From contig NC_043007.1 of NCBI RefSeq assembly GCF_006345805.1, forward strand, positions 59,272,001 to 59,336,000: a DNA stretch of 64,000 bases, given 5' to 3'. The translations under genes and the position numbers were made by a program. Positions within the stretch are counted from its first letter, which is position 1. Every line of letters begins with the position of its first letter. This DNA comes from Octopus sinensis. Taxonomy: Eukaryota. The notes under the pieces were generated by a model. The model saw nothing but the letters and a program-made list of their open reading frames with translations. It made no database searches and had not been told where the DNA came from. Positions 12,740 to 25,652 of this stretch are shown piece by piece.

Positions 12740-14060
12740 CTAGCTGGTGCACCCTCTAATTCCTGGGAATAAAGATGTTCTATTGAAACGTCTTATTACT
12801 CTGATATATAAAAGCAATTTCATTACAACTGCCACAAAAGGTGTATCTTCCGTCATGAAAAAGTCCAATTAACTGTCAGCTTGAGGAGGGTGAGATTGTT
12901 GGTGGTTGACAAGTCCTGTGCCATTGCATTACTTTGGAGGATCGAGGTTTCTTAGAAGTATAACTGGGACTGCAACCTTTAGATGCAAATTTATGCGGTG
13001 GTAGACCTGAAGGTGCAAGGCTATTGAGGAATTCAGCAGAGTAATGAACAGCATCATTGGTGTGGAGCACAGTATCAATTGACTTGTATGTGCGACGATT
13101 GCCAGATGATTGTTTATGCCATTGGGTGCGACATTTTTTGTGCCAAAATTGCACATTTTCTCAGCTAACAATGGTCTGTGAATTCTATCTTCAGATTGGG
13201 GGAAACTTTCTCCAATAGTTCATATATATTTGACACCAAATTGTCAAAGAGTAAACTAATCTTTCTATCCTACTCAGCAATTACAGCACCGTTTCCAATA
13301 TCCATTAATTGCCTGCAGATGTTCTCCATGTATGCATCACCACCTAACTGCACTCATGTTTGTTGTGAGTTTCAACTTTCTAAGCTTGCTCCAAAGTTAT
13401 GAAGATTTGATAGCTCACATTTACCTCATCTGCTCTCATCTTCTTTGGGATGACTGGGAGTATTTATCGAAAGTCATCTGCAAGGAGTACTGTTAGGCCT
13501 CAGATCTTGAAGTAACCTGCCAAGAGCCTCAAAACCCCCCTAATGATTCATTGTCGCTTCATCCCAAATGATCAATTTGCACTCGGTGGATAACTTTGAG
13601 ATCAGGCAGCTCGTCCATCCTCTCCAAAGCAGATTTCATGCTATTCACATAGGTATTTCAGATCTGCATCTAGTAAAAGGTATTAGGCTCCCCACTTGAT
13701 GATAGCATTGGCCCCTGATTTTGACAGTTGAAAAGTGACCTTCTCAAGTGAACTCTTCCTCTGCGCCAAATGATGTCATCACGAAGAATGCATTGCATTT
13801 CCATATTTTATGATGTAAATTTATACCATCGGGAGTGTCTTGTAGAAGAAGCTGCAGTAATACATCTGGTGGATTTTGCAGTCTGTCCAGCCTCGCACTG
13901 CCTTTGAAGCAGCATATAGAAGGAGTCTCATTTGGCCATTTTAGAGCCTTGCAGTAAGAACAAGCGGTATTCATTTTGCCAATGGGCACTTGACGATTCA
14001 TTGTGGGGATAAGTAATGTTCACACTCACTGATGGTCGCTCTCAGTAACTGCCTTTATCT
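12740..14060 (-). mobile_element. Internally deleted Helitron (Rep N-terminal Cys motif joined to PIF1 helicase)
   Basis: IGKMNTACSYCKALKWPNETPSICC...MTSFGA; then CKLIIWDEA, GLTVLLADDFR*ILPVIP, YKSIDTV..AEFLNSLAPSGLPPH and VILLRNLDPPK; CTAG at 12740-12743. Confidence 0.88.
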
Positions 14061-14265
14061 TACGGAGTTCTAGTCTTTATAACTATGGAAAAGCAGTCAG
14101 AAAGATAGACATTGTTGTGAAGAAATGATTTCGTTGGAGGTCTGTCATCTCCATTCTAGCCCCTGATGGCCGAGAAGAGATTACAAGGGTCAAGTGGCAA
14201 ATACATTCTGCTTAGCGAAGGCATCTGGGAAATGTATAACTTCTGCCATTCACAGAAAAACTATT

Positions 14266-15108
14266 GTCAAGATTAGTACCGGGTCTGTGGAAACTATCAT
14301 TCATGACCAATTGCATATGCAAAAGGTGCCTGCCAGATGGATTCCCAGGTTGCTTACACCTTTCCAGAAGCAAGAACGTGTCGAGTGCTCGAGGATGAAT
14401 TTGGAGATGTGCCAAGAAGATGAGTCAAAATTTTTCAAAAGACTGATTACACAGGATGAAACCTGGGTCCAACACTATGATCCAGAGACCAAAGCCCAGT
14501 CAATGCAGTGGAAGCACCGTGACTCACCTCCTCCAAAGAAGGCAAGGGTGCAGGCCTCCACTGGCAAGGTCATGCTCACAGTCTTCTGGGACCAGGACGG
14601 AGTAGTGATGACAGATTTCCTGACAAAGGGTACCACAATTACAGGAGCCTATTATGCTTCACTTTTGAGGAAATTAAGAGAAGCTATCAAAATCAAGAGG
14701 CGGGGCAAGATCAACAAAGGCATCCTCCTCCTGCAGGACGACGCTCCGGTCCACAACTCGCGTGTCACCAGATCAGAAGCACAGGCGTGCGGCTATGAAC
14801 TCTCCCCCATCCCACCTACTTTCCTGACCTTGCACCCTCTGATTTTCACCTCTTCCCAGCCATGAAGTTGTTTTTTAAAGGAAAGCGTTTCCCAGATGAT
14901 GCAGTCTTGATTTCTGAAGTCACGTCGTGGTTGGTGGACCAGACTGGGGTCTTCTACAAAAACGGTCTCCAGAGCTGCATCAAATGATGGGAGAAATGCG
15001 TAACTCTGGGTGGTTCCTATGTAGAAAAAAACTAATAACTGTTTCAAGTTTCGTTGCTCTACTGCTATGGGAAGTGGGTCAGGGGCATTACTTATTGAAT
15101 GCCCCTCG
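14266..15108 (+). mobile_element. 5'-truncated mariner (DD34D family) copy
   Basis: WIPRLLT, TQDETW and QDDAP motifs; intact right TIR ...CATTACTTATTGAATGCCCCTCG|TA; ~94% identical to 30293-31584 over a 200-nt stretch aligned by eye. Confidence 0.93.
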
Positions 15109-15717
15109 TATGTAGTAGATAGAAGGATCCATCGGGTGGGCCCTATTATCGATTTTTTTCAACAATGAGTCTACGTTTTGCATGTGTATTATGCTTTTCA
15201 TAAAGATGCGTTTGCAAGCATTACCATGTTCATGAAAAGTGAGTGAGTTCAAACCCCACATACAATCCTTTTGTTTTCAAAGGTGAGTGATGTTGTGGGT
15301 CAGTGATATCTTCCTGATGTCAAATTACTTAGAAGTATAATAAAATCCATATAATCTCAATATTGTGTGTGAAACAATCTTTTACAGTGCGATGTTTCTT
15401 TTGTTGTTCAGTATATATAGATAGTTAAGAGGACTAAAATAACTTTAACAAGAAGTATTTAAGTGTATTTTGTGATACACATGCAATTTGAAACTTGTGA
15501 AATTTCTGTATATGCCAACATTTTCTCTTTCTAATACTTGAAAGTTTGCTTAAATGTTCTTTCAATTAAAGCATAGGCTTAGAATTTGCACATGTTATGT
15601 AGTAGAGCTTCTTTTTTTTTTTTGTTATTCTTTAATGAAGCCCTTTTTTTGTTAAACTCCTTTTATGAAAAAAAAAAACAAAAACAAAATTTGACTTACA
15701 AATTTAATTTATTTCAG

Positions 15718-16341
15718 GTTCAGGGCAAAGATCCTTCAGTGGATATAACTCAAGACGTTGTGGAAGAATCTGAAGATGAGCGCTTTGATGACATGCCTGA
15801 TGCAGCTCCCCCTATTGAGTTGCCTCCGTGTGATTTAAGCAAACTCGAGGAGATCTCAGAACTGTTTAACAACGTGCTTCCGTCGCCTATACGGCGAGAG
15901 AAACTCTCAGTAGCAATAGAAACTGAAAATTACATTAAAAAACTTATAGATTTATTTCATATGTGTGAGGACCTTGATAACATTGATGGATTACATCACC
16001 TTTATGACATTTTTAAGAGTATCTTTTTGCTTAACAAAAATGCTCTTTTTGAGATCATGTTTGCTGATGACATTATATTTGATGTTGTTGGTATTTTAGA
16101 ATATGACTCTTCTCTATCTCAGCCAGCTAGACATAGAGAGTACTTACAAAACACATCGCGGTTCAAAGAAGTTATACCCATCACAAATACAGAATTGCGG
16201 AACAAAATCCACCAAACTTACAGAGTACAGTATATCCAGGATGTGATATTACCAACACCTTCAGTTTTTGAAGAAAATATCTTGTCAACATTAAGTTCCT
16301 TCATATTTTTCAATAAAGTAGAAATTGTTACAATGATACAG
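15718..16341 (+). CDS. PPP4R3: PP4 regulatory subunit 3 (SMEK/falafel), coding exon a (624 nt, phase 0-0)
   Basis: [53 protein letters not shown] closely matches remembered human PPP4R3A/B; tttcag|...CAG|gtaaat. Confidence 0.97.
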
Positions 16342-16488
16342 GTAAATATTTTCAATTTAAACAGTTTTTTCTTTTCAATTTACTATTTTACATTCATCCT
16401 TAGTTAATCAAATGGTTTTTGAATTAATATGACTGCTTTTAATATTTTTCTTTACATTTGTCAGTGGTGTTAACATTTAGATGGTTCC

Positions 16489-16639
16489 CAGTGGTTCCCA
16501 ACGTTTTCACTACTAAGGACCTTTTATTTAAATGAGTTTTCCCATGGACTCCAGGATATTGCTTATCCTTATGTGTGTATGTATATATATATATGAAATT
16601 TTGAATTTAGTTCACAGACTCCCAGGTTGGGAACCACTG
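16489..16639. mobile_element. hAT/Charlie-like MITE
   Basis: TIRs CAGTGGTTCCCAAC...GTTGGGAACCACTG; no clean 8-bp TSD. Confidence 0.65.
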
Positions 16640-17447
16640 GTTTAGTGTATTGATTCTTTTAACATGAGAGGGCTAATCTGTTACTCTCTCCTCTTTGTGC
16701 TGGAAAGAAACCAATCTTTCCAAGACTATGTGTACTTTTCTACAGACTTTTGAATAATGGTTTTGTACCTTATGAAGATGATTTCACCTTTAACATAGAA
16801 ACATTTGTCAACATTGCTGTCAACCCCCCCCCCCAATAATATTTTGTTGTAGGAGATTTTAATTAAGCTTGTTTCTCAATTTTTCATTTTTAACTAACAT
16901 TTCAGACTTACAAATTTCTGTCTTTTTTACCATTCCCCATTTTCAGAGTGGACAGGTTTGCATTGTGATAATTTAGAATGTAAAACACTTCATTACACAG
17001 TTATTGAATCATTATATAAACAAGTAGTAATGTTGAATTATGCTGAATTATTGGTTTATTGGTTCTCTTATTGAAAACTGTTCACTTAGATCTGAAAGTA
17101 AATAATGTGTACTTTATGATGATTCAGTTTTAACTGCTAACATCTATTGTGAATAATTCTTGATACTTCAAATAATTAAAAAACAAACAAAAGTGAAAAC
17201 TTGAAGCTCCAAGGATTCTTTATATTTGAATAATATTATTGCATTGTAAGTTGTTAGAATATCTGGCAGTTATTGCAGAATCATTGGCATTTGAATTTGT
17301 TATATTTTTTACATCAAGCATACTCCTTGAAAACGACCATTAACCCTTTCATTACAATTTTAATGTATTTTGAAAATAATGAAGAATTAAGTAATATAAT
17401 TGTGTTACGAAGCTGGTGTGTGGAACATAAACTACTATCATGAAATA

Positions 17448-19065
17448 CACTGAACCACAAAAGAAACTTGATTTTTTCAAATGTCATTTCCATATGGTAA
17501 ATTCTGAAAATTTATTTCAGGGATATAAGTGTAAATATTCCAAGACATGTTGGTTTATGGCTGAGATCCAGATTGCATGTAACCTTTCAACTTTCCCTGA
17601 AATGAGATGCCAAAATGCATCTTGTGGAGGTTATGCGTGTAAAAATCAACATGAACTGCATTCCTGGCATTCGTAATTTGGATGCATCAGGTGTGACCCG
17701 GTTGTCAGCAGCACAGAGGGAACAAACTCTCAGTCAATTGCTAGTAGGGCAGCATGCCCTGGCTGTTGTGATAGCTTACAATGTCCATGTCAGCACCATC
17801 TATTGCCTGCAGTGATAAAAGAACACCAATAGCACTGCAGACCATGCCTGCAGAGGCACCCCCCGGGTGCCTGGGCAGGACCACTTCCTCCACCTGTAAC
17901 ACCTCTGTGATCGCTTCAGACTGGCCAGTGTGACAGTTCATGAGACCATTGGCACGGGAGAGCGACCCATCAGTGACGACATGGCATGTCATCAACTGGC
18001 TGCCTGCAACAGTGATAAAACAACACCAACAGCACTGCAAACCATGCCCGCAGATGGTGCCCCCTGGGTGACTACACCCAGGCAGGACCGCTTCATTCAC
18101 CTGCAACACCTCTGTGTCTTTAGATCAGCCAACATGACAACTCGCGAGACCATTGGCACTGGACAGCAACCCATCAACGACAACATAGTACAACATTGAC
18201 TGGCTACCAACAACCTGCATTGCTGTCGTCCTACTCAGAGGGGGGCGGGGGGCTGCCCTCACTGCCCACCACCATCCAGCACAACTACAGTGGGCTACAC
18301 AGAACCAACATTGGCAGCGTCAACAATGGAAGTTGATAGTCTTCTCTGAAGAGAGCTGGTACTGCGTTTCCAGCTTGGATGGCAGAGTGAGGGTGCGGTG
18401 TAGGAGGGATGAACGCTACAGAGACACGTGTCATGAAAAGAGATGTGCAGGGTGGCCAAAGCATCATGTTTTGGGGTTTTATAGGCCTGAATCAAAAAAT
18501 TGGGTCCCATGTGTTCCAAAATGTTGGTGCAGGCAGAGGGACTGGTGTCACAGTGCAGTGTTATGTTGACCAGATCATTAGACCTCACATTGTGCCTTTT
18601 CATGTCACCATAGCCATGTGTTCCAGTAGGATAATTAATGCTGTGGCTAGGTCTCGGCCTGGATTTGAACCCAACTGAACACTTGTGGGACGAAATCCAG
18701 AGATAGATGAATCAGGTGGGCCAAAGGCTGACAGCTTGTGTGGAACTGGAAGCAGCTTTCCTCAGGGTTTAGGCACAGGTGCCAATGGCTTTTGTGAACT
18801 GCCTCGTGCACTCCATGTACCAATGGTGTATGGCTGTTTTGAACACCCAGGGAGGGTATGCAAAGTATTGAACATGTCACGCCATACAATCTTGATGTGC
18901 TGGATCCACCCACTACCAGAACGCATGACAACAACTTATAGACTGTGGTCAAAATGCTTCCAAGAAATTGACTTCATCAGATTTATCAAAATTTATTTCT
19001 GACATAATGAAATTAAAATATATTTCACAGTCACACATGTCTTGCGTTTCTTTTGCGGTTCAGTG
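17448..19065 (+). mobile_element. Decayed Tc1-like element with internal ~200-bp tandem duplication
   Basis: TA|CACTGAACC(A/G)CAAAAGAAAC TIRs with TA on both sides; VTTPRQDRFI, VFSEES..DGRVRV, GGQSIMFWG and PGFEPN/LNPTEHLWDEI remnants. Confidence 0.88.
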
Positions 19066-19297
19066 TATTGATAGAAGTTTTTAATTTAGACCACTTTAAA
19101 AAAGGAAGTTTGCATCATAGAACTGTGGGCACTCTCAGGTTGGTTGGTATCAAAGAGTTAACTTAAGTATTACATGGTTTAGTATTTTGGTGTTTTAATA
19201 AAAGACAGTTGTTATCTAAAAGAATTCTTGAGAACCATATTCATTCATATCTCTGAAACATTTTGATGGAATTGTTTTTTCTTGGTTTGATATACAG

Positions 19298-19447
19298 GAA
19301 GATGAAAAATTCTTAAATAGTTTATTCACTCAACTTACTGATGATGAAACAGATGATGAAAAAAGAAGAGAATTAGTTCTTTTCCTTAAAGAATTTTGTA
19401 CATTTTCTCAAACATTACAACCACAAAACAGGGACTCCTTTTTTAAG
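19298..19447 (+). CDS. PPP4R3: PPP4R3 exon b (150 nt, 0-0)
   Basis: [50 protein letters not shown]; AG/GT flanks. Confidence 0.96.
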
Positions 19448-20334
19448 GTAAATATTTTATCATTTGAACATAAAGTTTAATAAAAAAAAACAATAACTAT
19501 TGTTTTAAATGCTTTGGGTTAAGTTTTTTGTTTATTACAGATGAGTAAAAATGAAAACAAAATATTGACCCATGTTTGTGGGATTGTATAGTATACTTAA
19601 TATATAAGTATATGCCAAATGAATATATCTAAGGCTATTTTAGCATTTAGTGTTTTTCTTTTCTACTCAGCAATTATTTCATGTTTGAGATAATTTGGTA
19701 TTTTTATAACATTTTTATATGTTTAGTTTAAATACTGAAAATTATTGGAAACATTATTATGAACTGTTTAATTTTATATCAGTTAAAACATGTATAAAAT
19801 TTCAGGCATTCTATAAGCAAGAGGATCTAATTTAAAACGTTTTCTTCAAAAATCAATTCTTTCTTCTTTCCTGATTGTATGCACAACAATATAAAAATGG
19901 CGATCAAAATAGCATATTTCTTTAATGCAGCAAACAGAATGAACATAATTTTACCAAGCAGTATTTGCTATATAATAGTGTAGTTGCATGTTTTCATTTG
20001 TTCCTCACTAGGAATTTTGTATAATTTATTTATTATACCTTTTGTTGTTATTTTTCTGTTGCAATACATTGCCTATGTTTGAATTAATTTTGAAAATAAT
20101 GAATTTAGTAAAATAATTGTCATTATTAAGTTGGTATTTTAAACAAACAAACTTGAAAGTTTGATGGAAGGTTTTAATATAGATAACTTAGAAAAAAGAT
20201 TATATCATAGAGAACTAGAAGCAGTCTTAGATGAGTTGGTGTAAAAAGGATTATTTGAATTGGGGAGTTTCCTTTTATATTTTATTACTCTGTTGTTTCA
20301 ATACTAATTCCAATATAATATTTCTTCCTCACAG

Positions 20335-20379
20335 ACTTTATCTAATCTTGGAATTCTGTCAGCCATTGAAATTATTTTG
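20335..20379 (+). CDS. PPP4R3: PPP4R3 exon c (45 nt, 0-0)
   Basis: TLSNLGILSAIEIIL; acag|...|gtaagt. Confidence 0.93.
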
Positions 20380-21863
20380 GTAAGTAGGACTTTTTTTGAA
20401 AGTTGTTATACTATTTTCTATTGAATTAAAAACAAATGAAATTAAATTTTATTTCCTTGGTATCATAGTCTTTATTAGAACAATAGTAAAATCAGCTGAA
20501 AGTGATTAGACAATAAATATTAGTTAAATCTGCTAATGGCATAAGAAATGTAATTAAACTGATGGGCATAATAATGCCATAGTCAATTGCTGCAATGATA
20601 AATGAATTTCAAGTTAATGAACTATGTGAAAGTGGTAGATTCATTAACGATTTTACTCATGTCTGTTATCATGGTACTATATTTCTACTCAGAAATCTGC
20701 AAATGGGATACTTAGAACAAAATAAAACACTCTTTGGAGTGTTGAGCAAATAAGATGTGGTATCTCATATGTTTTAATGTTGTCAGTGAGAAAGTTAGGT
20801 ATGTTGTGTATGTTGACAACAATCGTATTAATATTTGTTGTGGATTCATGAATACTAAATAACTTAGAATATACAAGACAGTGAACTTTGTTCATAGTAT
20901 GTGCAATATTAATTAATTTAAGAGAATTGTTAAGTTAAGAATTGTTAGTTAAGAAAGTGAGTGTAGTGGGTGTTTTTTACGTGCCACTGGCACAGGGGCC
21001 AGAGCAGGTGGGCAAACGGCCACGATCGGTTGGTGCTTTTACGTGTCACCGACATGGGTGGCAGCTAGGCGATTCATTAAACAAGACTTCAATTGGAATA
21101 TGAATACTTTAATATGCACTTTTTGGTGTAAACTGAGTGTGGTTTAAAGGGAATATCCCCCCCTCCATAAATTTTGTATTCTTTAGGTGATTTCTAAGTA
21201 GTGGTGTGTTATTTTAATATATTTTCACTGTGTATCCCACTGCTTCTTAATTTTTCATCTTTGTAGTATATAAAAATTCTACTTTAATTGCACAGTTTCC
21301 TGTTCCAAGAAATATGTGTGTTCTTCCTTCCTCTCAACACTTAGTATAAAGCTGCCTCAGAACAAAGCTCTTTAGTCTTGTGAGTTATGTGGCAACCTCT
21401 CTAATGCTGGTGTCACAAGAAAAGCACCAAATACACTAAAGTGGTTGGTGAAAGTGTATCCAGTTGTGAAACCATGCCAAACAGACATTGGAGCACAATG
21501 CAGTCCTCCAACTTGTTGGATCTTGTTGAACCAGCCTATGCATGCCAACATGGAAGACAGATGTTAAATAATAATGATGATGTCTTGCTACCTGTATTTT
21601 ATTGGCTTATATAGTTGATTGTTGTAGAAATAGTTAATATTAATCTTTATTGTTTTTAGTGTTATGGATAAAATTGTATATGCTACAATTGGTATTTTTC
21701 CATGAAATTAGTAAATGCTAAATAGATTTTCTTCAAATTTGGAGAAAATTTCTTTACTTTATTAATGAAGTATTTAATGTGTTCAAGCTAAAATTATCTT
21801 TATTATCTATAAAAATAGCAAAACTCAGTTTTTTGTTATCATAGAATGTAATTTCAATTTTAG

Positions 21864-21980
21864 GGATTAGATGACGAGCAGATGAAAACAGCAGCCATTG
21901 ACATATTTTCCTATATAGTGGAGTTCAGTCCGTCCATGGTTCGTGAATTCATTCTTCTGGAAGGACAAAGTCAAGATGAT
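21864..21980 (+). CDS. PPP4R3: PPP4R3 exon d (117 nt, 0-0)
   Basis: [39 protein letters not shown]; |gtaaga. Confidence 0.95.
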
Positions 21981-22292
21981 GTAAGAAAATTTCCATGTGA
22001 ATTCAGCTTGTTTTGTTTCATAAATGTGAAGATTTTATTACAATTTTATTTATAAAGAACATATTTCAGATATGTAAATAACCAAAAATTTTGGTATTTT
22101 TTTTTTTAGGTAACAAAAACTTTCATGCTATAGTAAAATAATTTGTTCATAATATGCATTTATATTATTGATTCATAATGCTAATCTTTAAGAATTATTG
22201 ATAGACATTTGAATGAAAAAAAAGTAGAATATTTGCCTGTGATATTGTGTTTGGAAAATGAAAATGTTTATATGGCAATTTTACTTTTTCAG

Positions 22293-22347
22293 GAAGACTT
22301 ATTAATCAACTTGGTCATCGAGCAGATGATCAATGATACGGATCCAG
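22293..22347 (+). CDS. PPP4R3: PPP4R3 exon e (55 nt, 0-1)
   Basis: EDLLINLVIEQMINDTDP; |gtaaga. Confidence 0.95.
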
Positions 22348-22977
22348 GTAAGATCACTTTATAAAATTCTTTATATTTATTGCTTTAGTTATTAAAGTTT
22401 CTTAATGATTTGTATTGCCTCTGATGTTCAGTTTGTTGCCTTCCCCCCCACCCCTGCCTCCAAATAAATCCATATTTTAATTTTTGCTTAGTCAGTAAAT
22501 TTTTCTGCATGTGTATACGTTTTAGCATATTTTATTAGTACAGTGTAGAAGTTTTATGTGTACGTATGTTGCATGCTACAGTTCAGTTGCTATTATATAT
22601 TTTTGTGGTGGTTTCACATCATGATTTAAAATGACAATCTGAGAAATTTTTTTTATATTCATGGCTCTCTACCAAAAATTCAAAAATATTTTTAATATGA
22701 TGATTATAATTTCATACAGTTTCTAGGCAAAAATTGTGCAAGTGGTTTTGTCAGTTAAAGAAGCAGGATATTAATCAGTTAGATTATATTTCTGACTCCT
22801 AGATAGATAATCTGAATTAACAGAACATTGTAAAAATGGAACTTTTCTTCAAGGAAGTATTTGTATTGTTCCTATTTGTGATTCTAATGTTATGAAGGCT
22901 TGTCCTTCATCTTACTCTTTTTTTAAAGCTAGAAGTAATGTTTAGTTATTGATAGTAAGATTCCTTTGTTATTGTAT

Positions 22978-23205
22978 GGCTAGGTGAGCTGGCAGAATCG
23001 TTATTACACCGGGCGAAATGCTTAGCGGTATTTCGTCTGTCACTACGTTCTGAGTTCAAATTCCGCTGAGGTTGACTTTGCCTTTCATCCTTTCAGGGTT
23101 GATTGAATAAGTACCAGTTATTCGATGTAATTGACTTAATCCCATTGTCCTTGTTTGTCCCCTCTATGATTAGCTCCTTGTGGGCAATAAAGAAATAAAT
23201 ATTTT
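22978..23205 (+). mobile_element. SINE (GGTGAGCTGGCAGAATCG family)
   Basis: Box B-like GAGTTCAAATTCC and AATAAAGAAATAA tail; a related copy lies at ~58255-58450 (-). Confidence 0.7.
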
Positions 23206-24702
23206 AAATTAACTTTTCCCCACTTAGCACCTAACAAAACCTTACAGTGGATATTTGCCTTGGCTGTATATGTAGGTTAATGATTTTCTTGTACAAATTC
23301 TTTGTAGTGCTCAATACTTTAGAAGTGTAACAATATTTTATAATTAAAAGAACAAAAGCAAGAGTTAACTTAAAATTTTTACACATTCAAATCAACTTGC
23401 AAAACATGTAGCATTCACTTAACCATTTTAACAAGATCTTGCAAATGGATGAATGATGGTTAAGATGAATTGAGCTACTGTGTCAGTTTTCTAACAACAA
23501 CTAAGAAACAATCCTGCTCTGTTGGCCTTCCAGAGCTTGTTGCATCTTTTGTACTGCTATTACAGTCTTTGATGTTTTGAGAACATATTTTCTCAAAGCA
23601 GAATATTTTTGCCATGAAAACCCCTGTGTTTTGTATAGCTTTAATAAAATTGTTACCATCTCTTAATTAAAAGATAAAAAAACAAAAATATTGGTTATAA
23701 TAGATCTTTCTTTAGACAACTCTATCAGAAGATTTAAGCTTAGATAAAACAAAAAAGAAAATTGTAGACAACAGTGTCCCTTCTCTTTCCTATTTGAACT
23801 ATAAGTGATAAATTTGTTGAAAACTTTTCTCAAAGAAAATTTATCTGATTTTGGAATAATTTGAACACTTTTATGCTCATGAACATGTGTTCTTTTTTCT
23901 GTTTAAGATTTTAACCAACTTCTTTGGTTATTATTTACTTTTGGATTTCAGTATTTGTTTATGCCTTAGATTAAATTTATATGGAGTAAAGTGATTAACA
24001 TAAATTCTAGTTGAAATTTTATTAATACAGTAGTTTACTGAAACTTTATTATTTGCATTTATTAACTGGAATTATTGGTTAGGTAACATTTCTAATTAGA
24101 CCTTAAATCACAAAATTTACCTCTATTGGATATTTCAGAGAATTCATGATTACAAGAAATAAAAAAATCATTGTGCGCATAAGGCTTTAATATAAATTTT
24201 CTAATCTCTCTCTCTCTCTCCATCTCTCCTTCACACACACACACACACACACAAAGTTTGTTAACTGAAATTTTCTATTTATTAAACTGCTCTCTTTTTG
24301 ATTGGCAATAAATCTGAAAGTAGCTGGTTTCTTTTCACTTTATATTTTGTTTTACTTAGAATATTAGTGAATCTGTTTTAGATCATTGGTATTGAACAAT
24401 ATTTGTCTTCTGAGAATGTCTTGGTTTATAAAAACAAAGTTTTGATTTAAAGATATGAAATTATATATTTCTGATTTGTTATTCTACTGTTCTTATCTCT
24501 CTTGTAGTTGATTTGGTTTAATTTTGAGTAGGTTTTATAAAAGAAGAAAAAGACAGCCTTTAGTGTTGGTACTTGCTTTTTTATCCATGGTTAATGTAGG
24601 CTAGTTCATGTGTTTAATGTTTTTTCTTTTCTTTCTTTCCTCTTGTTGGTTAACTTTTATTTGTCCAAGATTGAGATATTTCCTCTGTTCATTCGCTCAT
24701 AG

Positions 24703-24771
24703 AATTGAAAAGAAAGAGATGTCTCAAGAGTTCACGCCAGCCGTTAGATCATTTGTTGGTCAGTAGATGGG
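24703..24771 (+). CDS. PPP4R3: Candidate alternative cassette exon of PPP4R3 (69 nt, phase 1-1)
   Basis: tttcctctgttcattcgctcatag|AATTG...TGGG|gtaaga; open in the gene frame as (E)LKRKRCLKSSRQPLDHLLVSRW(E); no expression evidence. Confidence 0.5.
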
Positions 24772-25652
24772 GTAAGATGATCGATCTTTTCAATGTATAT
24801 GATTTTCTTACTTTATTTTGGTAGATTTCTTGATGTTTCCATAGAGATTCCTTTTGTACTTTTAGCTGGTTCTTAACAGATCTCAGTAAAGTCTTCTTCA
24901 GTGATGGCTGTTTAGAAATACTCAAAATTGTATATTTTATTATATGTTGAGGTTATTTAAGTAGTTGATTATTTTGTTAATTTAGACAGTAATAGAAAAA
25001 AATTCAGTGTAGTTCCTTAGTGCATGCAGTTCTTTACAATGACTTATTTATTTATCTTAGTTTTTATTTTATTTTAATTTTAACCAACACTGGGCTGCTG
25101 ATTTAATACTTTCATATTTAATGATTACTTGTGAAATAAGATGTTTAATTTCAACAACCTATAAAAATGATATAAATTGTATTCAAATAATGAAAATTCT
25201 ATTAAATAACAAGAAAATTTATTGAAATTAGTTAATGAATAATACTTTTCAAAATAGGCTTGAGAACTTTAGAATAAGTTATATGAAATGTAATTAAAAT
25301 GTGATCTCACATTATTTATTTGAACTTGATATTGATGGAAACTGTACATTAGCTTTAGAAACTGATAATCTATTTCACATACTTTGATACATTATTGAAA
25401 CCTGAATAAAATTTGATTTAAATTGTTATTTTTTACTCTAGCAATACTTTATATCAGAAGTCTTTAATATATGACTTGAAAATAAAGTGAAGTGTAATAT
25501 TCCATCATAGAATGTGTTGAACTATTGACTTATAATCAATAAGCTGATACACCTGCTGATAACATTATTACACTGTTTGACATGATATAATTGCTTGTCT
25601 CAGACTAGCAGGAAATAAGTCCGATTTGAAATTTATTGGCATGCAGCTTTAG

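Noticed and set aside
14194-14265. N-terminal extension of the 223-aa mariner ORF as a fusion gene
   Set aside because: Chance read-in from flanking DNA; the mariner part itself frameshifts before YSPDL
15586-16407. ORF limits as the PPP4R3 exon limits
   Set aside because: ORF ends are intronic read-through; homology and splice sites give 15718-16341
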